Of a stretch of 28,361 nucleotides of DNA, positions 1 through 8,820 are shown in pieces (the first letter of the stretch is position 1; each line of letters opens with the position of its first letter). Source of the stretch: a virus (lineage: Duplodnaviria > Caudoviricetes). The stretch is from positions 1-28,361 of IMG/VR virus record IMGVR_UViG_3300033412_000055; one strand, 5' to 3'. Made by a program: the position numbers and the translations under genes. The notes beneath the pieces were generated by a model. It was not told the origin of the DNA, did no database searches, and saw only the letters and a list, made by a program, of their open reading frames with translations.

Positions 1-149
1 TACTTCGACGAGGGCCTGGTATGCGGCTGCCCCGCGAACGCCTTAGCGACCTTGTTCGCCTCCGGCTGATTGACCTTCTTCGCCGCCCATTCCTTGTACG
101 GCTCAGACGCGAAGATCAGCGCGAGGTCGGTGCGGCCTTTTGCGCTCAC
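1..149 (-). CDS. Hypothetical protein, partial (runs off the left edge): MSAKGRTDLALIFASEPYKEWAAKKVNQPEANKVAKAF...
   Basis: GTG at 149 overlaps the TGA of the upstream gene (GTGA). The frame is open to position 1 with GC3-rich codons. Not in the ORF track; translated by hand. Confidence 0.6.
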   Translation of the reverse strand, partial: MSAKGRTDLALIFASEPYKEWAAKKVNQPEANKVAKAFAGQPHTRPSSK

Positions 150-790
150 AGCAGGCTCCAGGCGCGGACGACGCACAGGTAGTCGGGCCGGTAGTGCAGG
201 CGGACATCGTATGGGCCCGCCTCGGAGCCGTGCGATGACCACACGGACGTCGAGGCGTTCCCGCCCTTCCGGCAGATGACGGTGTGCTTTGTCCGGGACG
301 CGGGCCCGAACAGCGCGATGTCGCCGACGAAGTAGTTGCGGCCCTCGGGCACCTGATGGCGGAAGTTGTGGGAGAGCAGGGTGCCGGTGTAGCCCCAGCC
401 GGTGTAGCCGAGCCCGTTGGGATCCTCGACCGTGAACTTCGTGAACCGCTCGGCCCAAGCGAACGCGCCTGTCACGTAGCCGGAGCAGTCAGCTGTCCAT
501 TCCTGGTCGGGCGACTGGAACAGGTGCGTCATCGGCCTGCGCTGCGAGTAGTGCTTCGACGCGTTCGTCCTCGTCGCGCGCAGCAGGTAGCTCGCCATCA
601 GCGAGCGCACCTGTTTCTTCTCGGTCGGCGTGAGCCTCCGTGCCCGCGAGGCGGCAAGCAGCTTCGGGTCGGACGGCGGAACGAGGGAGACGTTCTCGTG
701 GAGCGCCGCGAGGACGCTGTCGTCGCCCTCCTCAAGCCAGGTCGGCAGCGCCTCGAAGGGCTCAAGCTGTGGGACGAGGAGGTTGCTCAC
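146..790 (-). CDS. NlpC/P60-like cysteine peptidase, probable endolysin or cell-wall hydrolase
   Basis: ADCSGYV (catalytic Cys), GYTGTL, KHTVIC (His) and WSSHGS (third residue). Lies after the tail genes; GTGA overlap with the upstream gene. Confidence 0.75.
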   Translation of the reverse strand: MSNLLVPQLEPFEALPTWLEEGDDSVLAALHENVSLVPPSDPKLLAASRARRLTPTEKKQVRSLMASYLLRATRTNASKHYSQRRPMTHLFQSPDQEWTADCSGYVTGAFAWAERFTKFTVEDPNGLGYTGWGYTGTLLSHNFRHQVPEGRNYFVGDIALFGPASRTKHTVICRKGGNASTSVWSSHGSEAGPYDVRLHYRPDYLCVVRAWSLL

Positions 791-1470
791 CTGTCGGTGA
801 CGACGGCCGCTTCGCCGTCCTCACTCAGCAGGCGCTCGAGCACGGCGTCGGCCAGCCAGGTGATGTGCGGGTAGTACGTGCCCCACGAGTTGACGAGCGG
901 AACGGCGCCGAGCGTGTCCGCGATGTCGAGCCCGATCGTCGCGTGGATCTCGTCGACCGACGTTGCCCAGCGATACGCGGCGATTCCGTCCCCGGGTGCG
1001 ACGACGCCCGACGCCTGCCGCCGCAGACCGCGGTCGCGCGCGACCTTCAGCCCCGCGTTGACGCTCGTCCCGTCGTAGTCGTCGCCGGGCCACTCGTCGA
1101 CCTGCTGTGCGGCGTGGTACAGCTCGAGCGCGTCGTACTCGACACGGTTCAGCATCGTCTGGGCGCGGCTGACCCCGAAGCCGACGCACGCTCCTTCGCT
1201 GCCCTGGTCGTAGAAGCGATACCACTCCAGCCGGTCGGGCTGCTTCGACTTGACGCAGATGCAGTGGCCGCCGCGGATCGAGCCGAGGTTCCCGTCGGGG
1301 ATCCACCAGCGGCCGTCGTCCTCGAAGACGGGCTCGTCGAACGCGGAGTACCAGTTGATCCCCAGGATGACCGGCGTGGGCTTCGTGATCGCCCCCGCGA
1401 GCATCGGGTAGCGCTCGACGTGTTCCCACGACGTCGGGGCCTTGCGGTCGAGCTTTGCGGGAGGCGTCAC
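787..1470 (-). CDS. Papain-like (C1-type) cysteine peptidase with rearranged motif order
   Basis: DQGSEGACVGF (Gln/Cys), DEWPGDDYDGTSV, YRWA, NSWG (Asn), and PVILGINWY...IRGGHCICV (His), the last lying N-terminal to the Cys. Confidence 0.8.
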   Translation of the reverse strand: MTPPAKLDRKAPTSWEHVERYPMLAGAITKPTPVILGINWYSAFDEPVFEDDGRWWIPDGNLGSIRGGHCICVKSKQPDRLEWYRFYDQGSEGACVGFGVSRAQTMLNRVEYDALELYHAAQQVDEWPGDDYDGTSVNAGLKVARDRGLRRQASGVVAPGDGIAAYRWATSVDEIHATIGLDIADTLGAVPLVNSWGTYYPHITWLADAVLERLLSEDGEAAVVTDR

Positions 1471-1478
1471 GACACGAA

Positions 1479-1503
1479 ACGGTAGCGTCGCGCGGGGTCG
1501 CTA
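1479..1503 (-). promoter_or_regulatory. Putative promoter TAGCGACC-N11-TACCGT, probably leaderless
   Basis: The -10-like TACCGT (1484-1479) ends 8 nt before GTG 1470. No Shine-Dalgarno. The same spacing recurs in three other intergenic gaps. Confidence 0.5.
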
Positions 1504-1512
1504 GTGCGGACG

Positions 1513-2604
1513 TCAGTCCCAGACGAAGCCGTCGCCACCGAAGAACCCGGCCAACACCGTGTCCAGGCTCACGTCAAGATCAACACGGTAGTCGGTGCCG
1601 TCTTGTAGCGTGCTCGCGACCTTGCGGATCTCTCCGCCTCCGCCGATCGTTTCTGCGAACCAGACGCGGCTGTTGTAAATGAACGCTCCGCGCATCCACG
1701 TCTGGTTCGGCATCGTGTGCGACGTGTTCAACCGCGACGTGCTGCTGCCGTCAAGCTCGGCACGAACCAGCTCCGGGCTGCCGAATAGGTTGGCGGTCAC
1801 GACGACGAACGAGTCGTCCATCGCCCAGCAGTCTGACGTGATGTTGAAGTTCGCTCCGGCGGCCGGGCCGTTCGCGTTGATCGCGACCCGCCCCGTCCCA
1901 TCCGAGTTGATCACGTAGGCGTTGGCGCCGGCGTCGTAGGCGATCATGTTCGAGCCGCGCGCCCATCCGAACTGCTGCGGGTTGTTGTTGTCGTAGTTCC
2001 CGACGCCAGTGTCAACGGCCGCGTCGCCGGTGCCGTCGTCGTTCATGCAGCGCAGCTCGTCGCCCGAGCCGACGTTCTGCTGATACCAGTATGCGACCTT
2101 CGTGCCATCGAAGTTGAACTGGGGCCGATACACCGAGAACCCCGCCGCCGCCGTCTTCAGCGTCGCGGGACTCCCGATCGCGGACACCGCATCCTTCTTG
2201 ACTGCGCCTCCCGTAGGAAGCCCCGCGCCGGCCGCTTGGACGTACACGAAGGTGTCACTATCCGGCGCCCACGACGGGTGGTAGAAGCTGTCCGTGCCAT
2301 CGGCGAGCAGCTGCGTTGGCGTCGAGCCGGGGACATTGTCGACAACCCAGATTTCCTCGAGACCCGAGACCTCGGAGAGGAGCTGGAACAGGATCGTGGC
2401 TCCGTCCGGCGACAGGCGAACGTTGTGGATATTGCCGATGACGGTGTCGCCGTCGGCGAAGTCGCTGTATTGCGTGGCGTCCCCGGCGGTGTCCCCGACG
2501 CACGCGCGATAGACGTTGAACGAGCCGTCGCTGAGACGCTGCATCCCGAACGGCGGCGAGCAGGAGGGAATCACCACCGTGCCGCTGATGCGAACGCCGG
2601 CCAT
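1513..2604 (-). CDS. TolB/PD40-like beta-propeller minor tail protein (363 aa), candidate receptor-binding protein
   Basis: Repeated blades LSPDGATILF, HPSWAPDS, RPQFNFDGTKVAY, FGWARGS, INSDGTG. True start is ATG 2604 (TGATG overlap), not the 2868 in the ORF track. Confidence 0.7.
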   Translation of the reverse strand: MAGVRISGTVVIPSCSPPFGMQRLSDGSFNVYRACVGDTAGDATQYSDFADGDTVIGNIHNVRLSPDGATILFQLLSEVSGLEEIWVVDNVPGSTPTQLLADGTDSFYHPSWAPDSDTFVYVQAAGAGLPTGGAVKKDAVSAIGSPATLKTAAAGFSVYRPQFNFDGTKVAYWYQQNVGSGDELRCMNDDGTGDAAVDTGVGNYDNNNPQQFGWARGSNMIAYDAGANAYVINSDGTGRVAINANGPAAGANFNITSDCWAMDDSFVVVTANLFGSPELVRAELDGSSTSRLNTSHTMPNQTWMRGAFIYNSRVWFAETIGGGGEIRKVASTLQDGTDYRVDLDVSLDTVLAGFFGGDGFVWD

Positions 2605-3098
2605 CAGGGATACGGCGTCGCGTAGATGGGCCAGTAGACACGGACGTTCCCGGTGCTCGGATCGTGCCGCTGGCAGCACACGATGATCTTGTCCAGGTCG
2701 GGCGTAGCGCCGAACTCGGCTATGGCCGGGAAGATCGAGAGGATCTCCAGGCCGGAGCGCCACTCCGAGGGGCACACCCACGCGACCGTCCCGTTCACGG
2801 GCGAGCCTGTGACGAGGTCGTAGCTGCCGCCCATGTCGGTCTCGCCGTCGAGGCCGTGCGCGAACCACAGCGGGTCGACGTAACCGAACCCGTTGAGGAA
2901 CGGCGGCGACGACGGGGACGTGCTGATCGGAGGAGTGGCGGCGGGGAAGTACGGATCGTTGCCAGGGTCGTCCACCGCGACGAACGTGCCTACGTAGACC
3001 TTGAACCCGCGGAGGTTCGGCTTCTGCCGCTCCTGCCGCACGCGGCCGGCGAGTTTCATGTGCCTGCGCCCCAGGCTGTCGTACGTCAGCCGACGCAT
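2604..3098 (-). CDS. Minor tail / tail-tip protein (164 aa)
   Basis: ATG 3098 in a TGATG overlap (MRRLTYDSLG...). Lies between the hub and the beta-propeller; beta-rich C-terminal half. Confidence 0.6.
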   Translation of the reverse strand: MRRLTYDSLGRRHMKLAGRVRQERQKPNLRGFKVYVGTFVAVDDPGNDPYFPAATPPISTSPSSPPFLNGFGYVDPLWFAHGLDGETDMGGSYDLVTGSPVNGTVAWVCPSEWRSGLEILSIFPAIAEFGATPDLDKIIVCCQRHDPSTGNVRVYWPIYATPYP

Positions 3099-4222
3099 CA
3101 GGTCTCCTGGTCGGCGCTCACGACCAGCTGCGAGATCGTCTCGTTGCCTTCCGGGTCCTGGTCGATCGTCATGTCGTAGACGCGCTGGGCGCCCGACAGG
3201 GACTCCGACAGCACGGCGGCCACCCCGATGATGTCGCCGCACACGAACGTCGGGAGGATGCCGGGCTCGGGGGTCACGTTCAACAGCCTACGCGGAACGA
3301 GCCGGATGATCATCTCCGACTGCCACAGCCGTTCGTACAGGTCGCGGAGGTCGTTCTCGTCACCTTCTGAGTCGTCGACGCGAACCTCGCGCAGAAGTCC
3401 CCAGGCCGCCTCGCCGGCCGCGATCAGCGCGTCGATCGCAGTCTGAGGAGGATCAGGCAGTCCGGGATCGTCTTTCTGCACGTCGCCGGCCCAGTGCTGG
3501 ATGTCGCCGTCGAACTGCGGGCGCTTCGGCCCGAGCAGCAGCCGCAGTCGCGTGATGACGGGCGCCATGTCCCAGGTGTATTTCGCCCCGGTGCAGTTGA
3601 ACGCGCCGGTGCCGTAATCGAACTGGACGGAGCCCGACAGGTCGGCGCCGAAGTCGCCGTTGTAGAGATCGACGGTGCTCGCTCCACCCGACGCGGGGTT
3701 CAGCACCGTGTCGAGTTCCCCGGTCTCGACGAGCAGCTCCCAGAGATCCTTGATCGTCATCGGCCAGTCGACCGGCTTGTAACCCACGAGCGGCACACCG
3801 CCGCCCTCGGTCGTTCCCACCGTCACGTCCATCGCGCCGTCGTTCGCGATCGAGTTGTTGATCGCGGCGGCCATGATGTCCACAGCGTTCTCGTTGTCCT
3901 GGATGATCGACGGGTCGGAGAAGTCGCCGTCTGGGTCCATCACCTGCTTACGATCCCAGAAGGCGCGCGGATCCTGACTCGTCACCGTGATGTTCTTCGA
4001 GTCCGCGTCCCCGTCGTCCTCGCCGAAATACGCGCGCCCGACGTGCAGCTCGGTCGTTCCGGCGCTGTCCGTGACGATCAACTCGGTGACGCCCTTCGTG
4101 ATCGCCGGCATTTCGCTCGAGGGCAGCAGCACCTCCGCCGACCAGATGCCGTTCAGCGACGGCTTCCGCGTGATGCGCTGGCAGACGTCGGTGATCTCGT
4201 CGGAATCGAAGAATGCGCGCAT
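3098..4222 (-). CDS. Minor tail protein, baseplate hub (Tal / siphovirus Gp37-like), 374 aa
   Basis: Second gene after the tape measure; acidic and beta-rich. Ends with F.CGDII.V...QRVYDMTID, typical of siphophage hubs. ATG 4222 in a TGATG overlap. Confidence 0.7.
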   Translation of the reverse strand: MRAFFDSDEITDVCQRITRKPSLNGIWSAEVLLPSSEMPAITKGVTELIVTDSAGTTELHVGRAYFGEDDGDADSKNITVTSQDPRAFWDRKQVMDPDGDFSDPSIIQDNENAVDIMAAAINNSIANDGAMDVTVGTTEGGGVPLVGYKPVDWPMTIKDLWELLVETGELDTVLNPASGGASTVDLYNGDFGADLSGSVQFDYGTGAFNCTGAKYTWDMAPVITRLRLLLGPKRPQFDGDIQHWAGDVQKDDPGLPDPPQTAIDALIAAGEAAWGLLREVRVDDSEGDENDLRDLYERLWQSEMIIRLVPRRLLNVTPEPGILPTFVCGDIIGVAAVLSESLSGAQRVYDMTIDQDPEGNETISQLVVSADQET

Positions 4223-4695
4223 CAGCCCGAATAGCAGATCAGCCCGAAAGAGAACGTGTACGGCTGCGTGCGATCCGGCCAGTCGGTCTGCCACTCCGCA
4301 CCTTCGTATCCGTACCGACACGTCTTGCTGGCGGCGCTCTGCCCCGTCGGCGTGTAGCCGAGCGTGAAGTTCGTGTTGAGCAGCGCCTCGAGCCCCGACT
4401 CCCACGCGGCCGACAGGGTCATCACCCGGGTCAGGTAGGTCGTGAGATCCTCGGCCGGCGTGACGATCGTGCCGTCTGCCGCCTGGATCAGGAAGTCACC
4501 CGACACGTTGATCAGCCGCGGCCCGAACCGTGCCGTCTGGACGATCCCTCCGTCCGTAGCACCCTTCGGAAGAACCGTCCGCCGTATCGGCCTCCCGTCG
4601 AGCCCTGTGATTTCGCGAGGGATCAGCGTGTCAGCCCCCGACTCGTTCATCTTCAGGCTCGCCCCGACGCTGTATTCGCAGCAGTAGTCGGTCAC
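4222..4695 (-). CDS. Distal tail protein (Dit-like)
   Basis: Directly after the tape measure. EITGLDG.PIR...DG...GPRLINVSG pattern; GTGA overlap. Confidence 0.65.
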   Translation of the reverse strand: MTDYCCEYSVGASLKMNESGADTLIPREITGLDGRPIRRTVLPKGATDGGIVQTARFGPRLINVSGDFLIQAADGTIVTPAEDLTTYLTRVMTLSAAWESGLEALLNTNFTLGYTPTGQSAASKTCRYGYEGAEWQTDWPDRTQPYTFSFGLICYSG

Positions 4696-7600
4696 GTCGA
4701 CTCCTCGACCAGCTTCCGAGCGGTCGTCGCGTGCACGTAGCGGAGGTGCTCGTTGACGGCCTCGCCAAACCCGGTGCCTCGACGGGCGACCGCGGTCGAG
4801 CGGTTCCCGCCAGACACGATCGTCTCGCGCAGCAGATCGAGGCTGTTGATCAGCCTGTCGGTCGCTGCCGCCTGCTTCTCCGCTGCGCGCTCCGCCGACG
4901 ACTGCCGATCGTCCCTCAACGTGAGGCGCTGCTCAACGAGCCCGCGGATCCCCGCGTTGGCCGCGGACGTCGTCAGATCCTGCGGCCTGCGGCCGACCGT
5001 AGATGCCTGGTTCGAGATCCGCTGCTGCTCCCGGAACAGGTCGGCAAGGGTCGTTCCCCCCGTCGCGTCGCTGCCGCTGCCGCTGTCACCACGGATCTTC
5101 TTGATCAGTTCCTTGCGCTGGTTGATCAGCTGCTGGAGCGCGATCTGCTCATCGAGGACGCCCTTCTTCGCCTTCTTCGCGGCCGCAACGCGCTTCTGCG
5201 CGTCCTTGATCTGGCGGTTGATCGCGGCGAGTTCGGCCTGGTCATCACCGCGAAGCTCGGCCAGCTGGGTCTGCTTCGCCAGCTTCTCGGTGATCGCGTT
5301 GCGCGCGTCCTCGAGCCGCTTCTCCTCCGACTCGCGCTGCTCCTTCGTGAGGCTCGTGATCTCTCCGTTCGTGCGGATCAGCTCGGCGGTCAGCGACCGG
5401 AGTTCGGTGGCGCGGTCCTTCGCGTTCTTCACCGTCTGGCGCACCTGCGAGATCGACTCGATCAGCGCGTCCCGCTTGACCTTCTCCAGCCGGATCTGCT
5501 GCGCGAGCGCGTCTTTCGTCTCCGCGGCGAGGATGCGGTTGTCGATCCCGGCCAGTTTCCCGGAGATGCCGTCGATGAACGCCTGGTCGGCCCTATCTCG
5601 TGCGTTCTGGAGCTTCGTCTGCCGTGCCTCGGTGTCACTGGCGGCCTTCTGCTGCTCGGCGGTCATCTGGTTCTGAATGCTCTCGATAGCGTCGTTCGTG
5701 TTCTTCAGGTTCTGCGCGGCCTTCTCTGCCAGAGCGACGTTCTTCGGCGTCTGCTCGCGACCTAGTACCGCGTTGAGGAACGCCTGTTGTCGCTTCTGCC
5801 GGGCGCGAAGAACCGAGAGTTCCTCTCCCTGATTGCCACTTGCCTGCGCCAGCGCGAGTTGTAGGTCGGAGATCGCTGGGCCGACCGCGGATGCGCCCTT
5901 TCCGATAGCATCAGTGATCGAAGTCTTCAGCGCCTCGCCCATGTCCGCGCCGAGTTGGCGAGCCGCTACCACTGCGGCGCGTCCCGAGTCCTCGACTGCG
6001 GACGCGATCTCCGGTCCAGTATCCGCGACGGCTACCTTCGCAGCTGCGCCGGCGTCCTCGATGCCCGATCGCATCGCTGCGCCCAGTCCGACGAACATCT
6101 TTCTCGGAGCGATCTTCAAGAACGCGCGGCCGACCGAGGTCGCTCTCAACTCCACGGCCTCGAGCGGGGTGATCACGTTGTCCTTGAGCGCGGCCTTCAC
6201 CTCTGGCGACGACCTCTTGAACGCGTCGAACAAAGCGTCGATCGCGTTTGAGTTCCCGGTCGCCTGCGCCGCCTTCGCCAACTCGACGATGCGCTTGGTG
6301 AGATCAGCGGTCTCCTGATCGAAAGCGGGCGGAATGAAGTGACCGTCCTGTGTGAACTTCGCCCGCTCGGCGCTGACCTCGGCGAGTCTCGCCGTCAGCT
6401 TCCCGAGTCCGGCGTCCGCGGCGTTGAAGTCGCCCCCGCCCGAGATCCGGTCGTTGAACGCCTTGACGCCGTCTACGGCTAACCCGGCGCCCTTGACGAT
6501 GTCGTCCAGGCCGCGCACGAACGAGCCGAGCACAGGAACAGCGACGTTCCCGATGGTGAGGCCGAGATCCTGGAGGTTGTTCTGTAACGAGGCGGTCTCG
6601 CCCGCGAGTCCGGTCATCCGGGCCGCCGCGACCTTCGCAGCGGTGCCCTGCTTATCGAGCGACAAACGCATCGCGTCGAGGCCCTTCGCCCCCTCGCGGC
6701 CGAGGATCGCCTCAGCACGGATCGCGTCCTGGCCGAACACAATCGCAGCACGCGCGTCCTGCTGCGCCTTCGTGAGGTTCGCGGTCGCCGCGGCGAACTC
6801 GGCGAACACCTCTGGGCGGAGGTTGCCGGCCTGGTCGCGAAGTTGGATGTTCAGGTCGGCCAGGATGTTGCGCGCTTCCTTCGTCGGGTTGATCAGCCGA
6901 ATCAGGGACGTGCGCAGCGCGGTGCCTGCGTCGGAGCCCTGCAAGCCGTTGCGGGCGAGCAGCGTCAGCAGTGCGACGGTGTCTTCGATCGAGAAGCCGA
7001 CCTGGCGGGCGACAGCGGCGGACTGTCGAAGCGCGAGCCCCATGTCCTCGATGCCGCCCTGCGCGTTGTTCGCGGCGTTCGCGAGGAGATCGGCGACATG
7101 CACCGCTTGGTCGCCGGACAGGCCGAACGCGTTGAGTGCGCCCGACGCGAGCTGTGTCGCATCCGCATTGGAGAGTTGGGCGGCCGTCGCGAGTTGGAGC
7201 ACGCCGCGGGCGCCGTCGATCGAATCCTGCACCGACAGGCCCGCCTTCGCCAGCTCGGTCATCGCTTCTGCGGCGTCCTGCGCGGAGACGCCCGGCAGGC
7301 TGACATCGCGACCGAGCTTGCGGGCCTCGGCGCTCACGCGCGCCATTTCGTCCGCGGTCGCTCCGACGGTGACCTTGAAGACGTTGAGTTCCTGGCTGAA
7401 CTGCGTCGCCAACTGGATCGACTTCGCGAACGCGACGGCAGCCGCGGCTCCCGCGAGAAACGCGCTGTTCGCCGCGAGCGTCGCCCCCCGCACGCCCAGC
7501 ATCGAGAGGCCCGTCGCGCCCGCGCCGCGGCTCAGGAATGACATGGAGGCCGCGTGTGCCTCGGTCGCACCCGCAGCCTTCAGTGCGGCAGCCGCCTGCG

Positions 7601-8090
7601 TGTTCTGTGCCTCCGCGAGCGCGAGCGTGTTGACGACTGCCTGCGCCGTGGCCGCGCTGTCCTTGCGAGTCAGGGCAGCCTCAGCGCGACGGGCGGCAGC
7701 GAGCGCCGCCGCGCTTCGCGTCGCCGTCACCTGCGCAGCGCCGAGGGACGTGGTGGCGTTCAGCACCTCCTCCTGCGAAACGGCGAGCTTGGTCGCTGCG
7801 GAAGCCTCGAGACGCGCCGCGGCGGTGCGTGCCGTCGACGCTCGTGTCGCGGTCGCGGTCGCGGTCGCGGTGGCGGTCTGTCCCGCCGCAAGGGCCTCTA
7901 GCTGTGTCGACGCCTGCCGCACCGCCGCCGTCTGCGCCGCCAGCTGCGGCCCCGCGATCGTCGCCGCCGACACAGGGATCGACACGGCGAGCCCGCGAGT
8001 CGCCGCGAGCAACTCTGCTTCGAGCGCGGCCCGGAAACCCGCCGTGTTCGGGGTGATCAGAACCTGTGCTTCGGCGAGGAACTCCGACAT
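4692..8090 (-). CDS. Tape measure protein with TP901-type core (1132 aa)
   Basis: Ala-rich and helical. SAQDAAEAMTELAKAG, GVLQLATA, VADLLA, GLQGSDAGTALR. Follows the tail assembly chaperones. Confidence 0.95.
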   Translation of the reverse strand: MSEFLAEAQVLITPNTAGFRAALEAELLAATRGLAVSIPVSAATIAGPQLAAQTAAVRQASTQLEALAAGQTATATATATATRASTARTAAARLEASAATKLAVSQEEVLNATTSLGAAQVTATRSAAALAAARRAEAALTRKDSAATAQAVVNTLALAEAQNTQAAAALKAAGATEAHAASMSFLSRGAGATGLSMLGVRGATLAANSAFLAGAAAAVAFAKSIQLATQFSQELNVFKVTVGATADEMARVSAEARKLGRDVSLPGVSAQDAAEAMTELAKAGLSVQDSIDGARGVLQLATAAQLSNADATQLASGALNAFGLSGDQAVHVADLLANAANNAQGGIEDMGLALRQSAAVARQVGFSIEDTVALLTLLARNGLQGSDAGTALRTSLIRLINPTKEARNILADLNIQLRDQAGNLRPEVFAEFAAATANLTKAQQDARAAIVFGQDAIRAEAILGREGAKGLDAMRLSLDKQGTAAKVAAARMTGLAGETASLQNNLQDLGLTIGNVAVPVLGSFVRGLDDIVKGAGLAVDGVKAFNDRISGGGDFNAADAGLGKLTARLAEVSAERAKFTQDGHFIPPAFDQETADLTKRIVELAKAAQATGNSNAIDALFDAFKRSSPEVKAALKDNVITPLEAVELRATSVGRAFLKIAPRKMFVGLGAAMRSGIEDAGAAAKVAVADTGPEIASAVEDSGRAAVVAARQLGADMGEALKTSITDAIGKGASAVGPAISDLQLALAQASGNQGEELSVLRARQKRQQAFLNAVLGREQTPKNVALAEKAAQNLKNTNDAIESIQNQMTAEQQKAASDTEARQTKLQNARDRADQAFIDGISGKLAGIDNRILAAETKDALAQQIRLEKVKRDALIESISQVRQTVKNAKDRATELRSLTAELIRTNGEITSLTKEQRESEEKRLEDARNAITEKLAKQTQLAELRGDDQAELAAINRQIKDAQKRVAAAKKAKKGVLDEQIALQQLINQRKELIKKIRGDSGSGSDATGGTTLADLFREQQRISNQASTVGRRPQDLTTSAANAGIRGLVEQRLTLRDDRQSSAERAAEKQAAATDRLINSLDLLRETIVSGGNRSTAVARRGTGFGEAVNEHLRYVHATTARKLVEEST
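7846..7878. repeat. (GTCGCG)4 plus a degenerate unit, encoding a Thr-Ala repeat in the tape measure N-terminus
   Basis: Seen directly; encodes TATATATATR. Confidence 0.85.
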
Positions 8091-8434
8091 CAGCCGGGCA
8101 TCCCTCCGACCCCCGCGAGCCGCGACATGAACTCCTGCATCGACCGCTGGTTCTCAGCCGCCGACGGCACCCGCTCCACTGGCTGTTCGGCAGGCGCATC
8201 GTCCAGCAGGCCGAGTCCTCCCACCGTCCCCGCCGCCCACTCGCGCACCCGATCGAACGCCTCGAAGGCTCCGAGGCCGACCCGCTGGAACTCCTCGAAC
8301 AGGAGCGTCGTCGCGGCGTCGAGGAAGGCGACGAGGCTCACTTGCCTCGGGTCCCCGCCCGCGAGGGTGATGCGGCCTGCGATGATGCTTCGCCGTTCCC
8401 ACCCCCACCCGCCGACAGCGAGGGCGGTGAGGTA
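8090..8434 (-). CDS. Tail assembly chaperone second ORF (gpGT-like), reached by a probable -1 frameshift; alternatively a separate gene from GTG 8341
   Basis: Open -1 frame overlapping the chaperone's low-complexity tail; its stop overlaps the tape measure start (TGATG). Confidence 0.65.
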   Translation of the reverse strand, partial: YLTALAVGGWGWERRSIIAGRITLAGGDPRQVSLVAFLDAATTLLFEEFQRVGLGAFEAFDRVREWAAGTVGGLGLLDDAPAEQPVERVPSAAENQRSMQEFMSRLAGVGGMPG

Positions 8435-8799
8435 GGGCGGCCGGTCGCGACCTCCATCAGGTACGTGTAGAGCCTGCCGAACATGAACAGCGGGATCGGG
8501 TCGGTCTTCCGGCCGCAGAGCTTCTTCCACTTCGCCTTCTCGTCCGCGGGCAAGAACAACGCGATCCGCTGCTGTGTGCGCTCGATGTTCTCGCGCATCG
8601 ACGGGCCCGTGTCGCCGTTCGACTTGCCCTCGGCTTCCGCCTCGAGCCGCTCGAGCGCCCTCTGGGTCGCCACCGTGTCCTCGTCGTAGATCACGGCGAG
8701 ATCCTCCCAGTACGGCGTGACCCAGTGAAACACCTCCCCACCGATCTCGAACGCGCGATCGTCCGTCGGGATCATCAGCTTCGAGAACTCCTCCACCAT
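8338..8799 (-). CDS. Tail assembly chaperone (gpG-like)
   Basis: Strong RBS GAAGGAGG. Lies between the tail terminator and the tape measure. Ends with GRPT plus a Ser/Gly-rich tail, as in many actinophage chaperones. Confidence 0.8.
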   Translation of the reverse strand: MVEEFSKLMIPTDDRAFEIGGEVFHWVTPYWEDLAVIYDEDTVATQRALERLEAEAEGKSNGDTGPSMRENIERTQQRIALFLPADEKAKWKKLCGRKTDPIPLFMFGRLYTYLMEVATGRPTSPPSLSAGGGGNGEASSQAASPSRAGTRGK

Positions 8800-8820
8800 C
8801 TCCTCCTTCGTCCGGTCCGG

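Noticed and set aside
7846-7878. Tandem GCGACC copies in the tape measure gene resembling the promoter box
   Set aside because: Explained by Ala-Thr codons; no -10 element at the 11-nt spacing.
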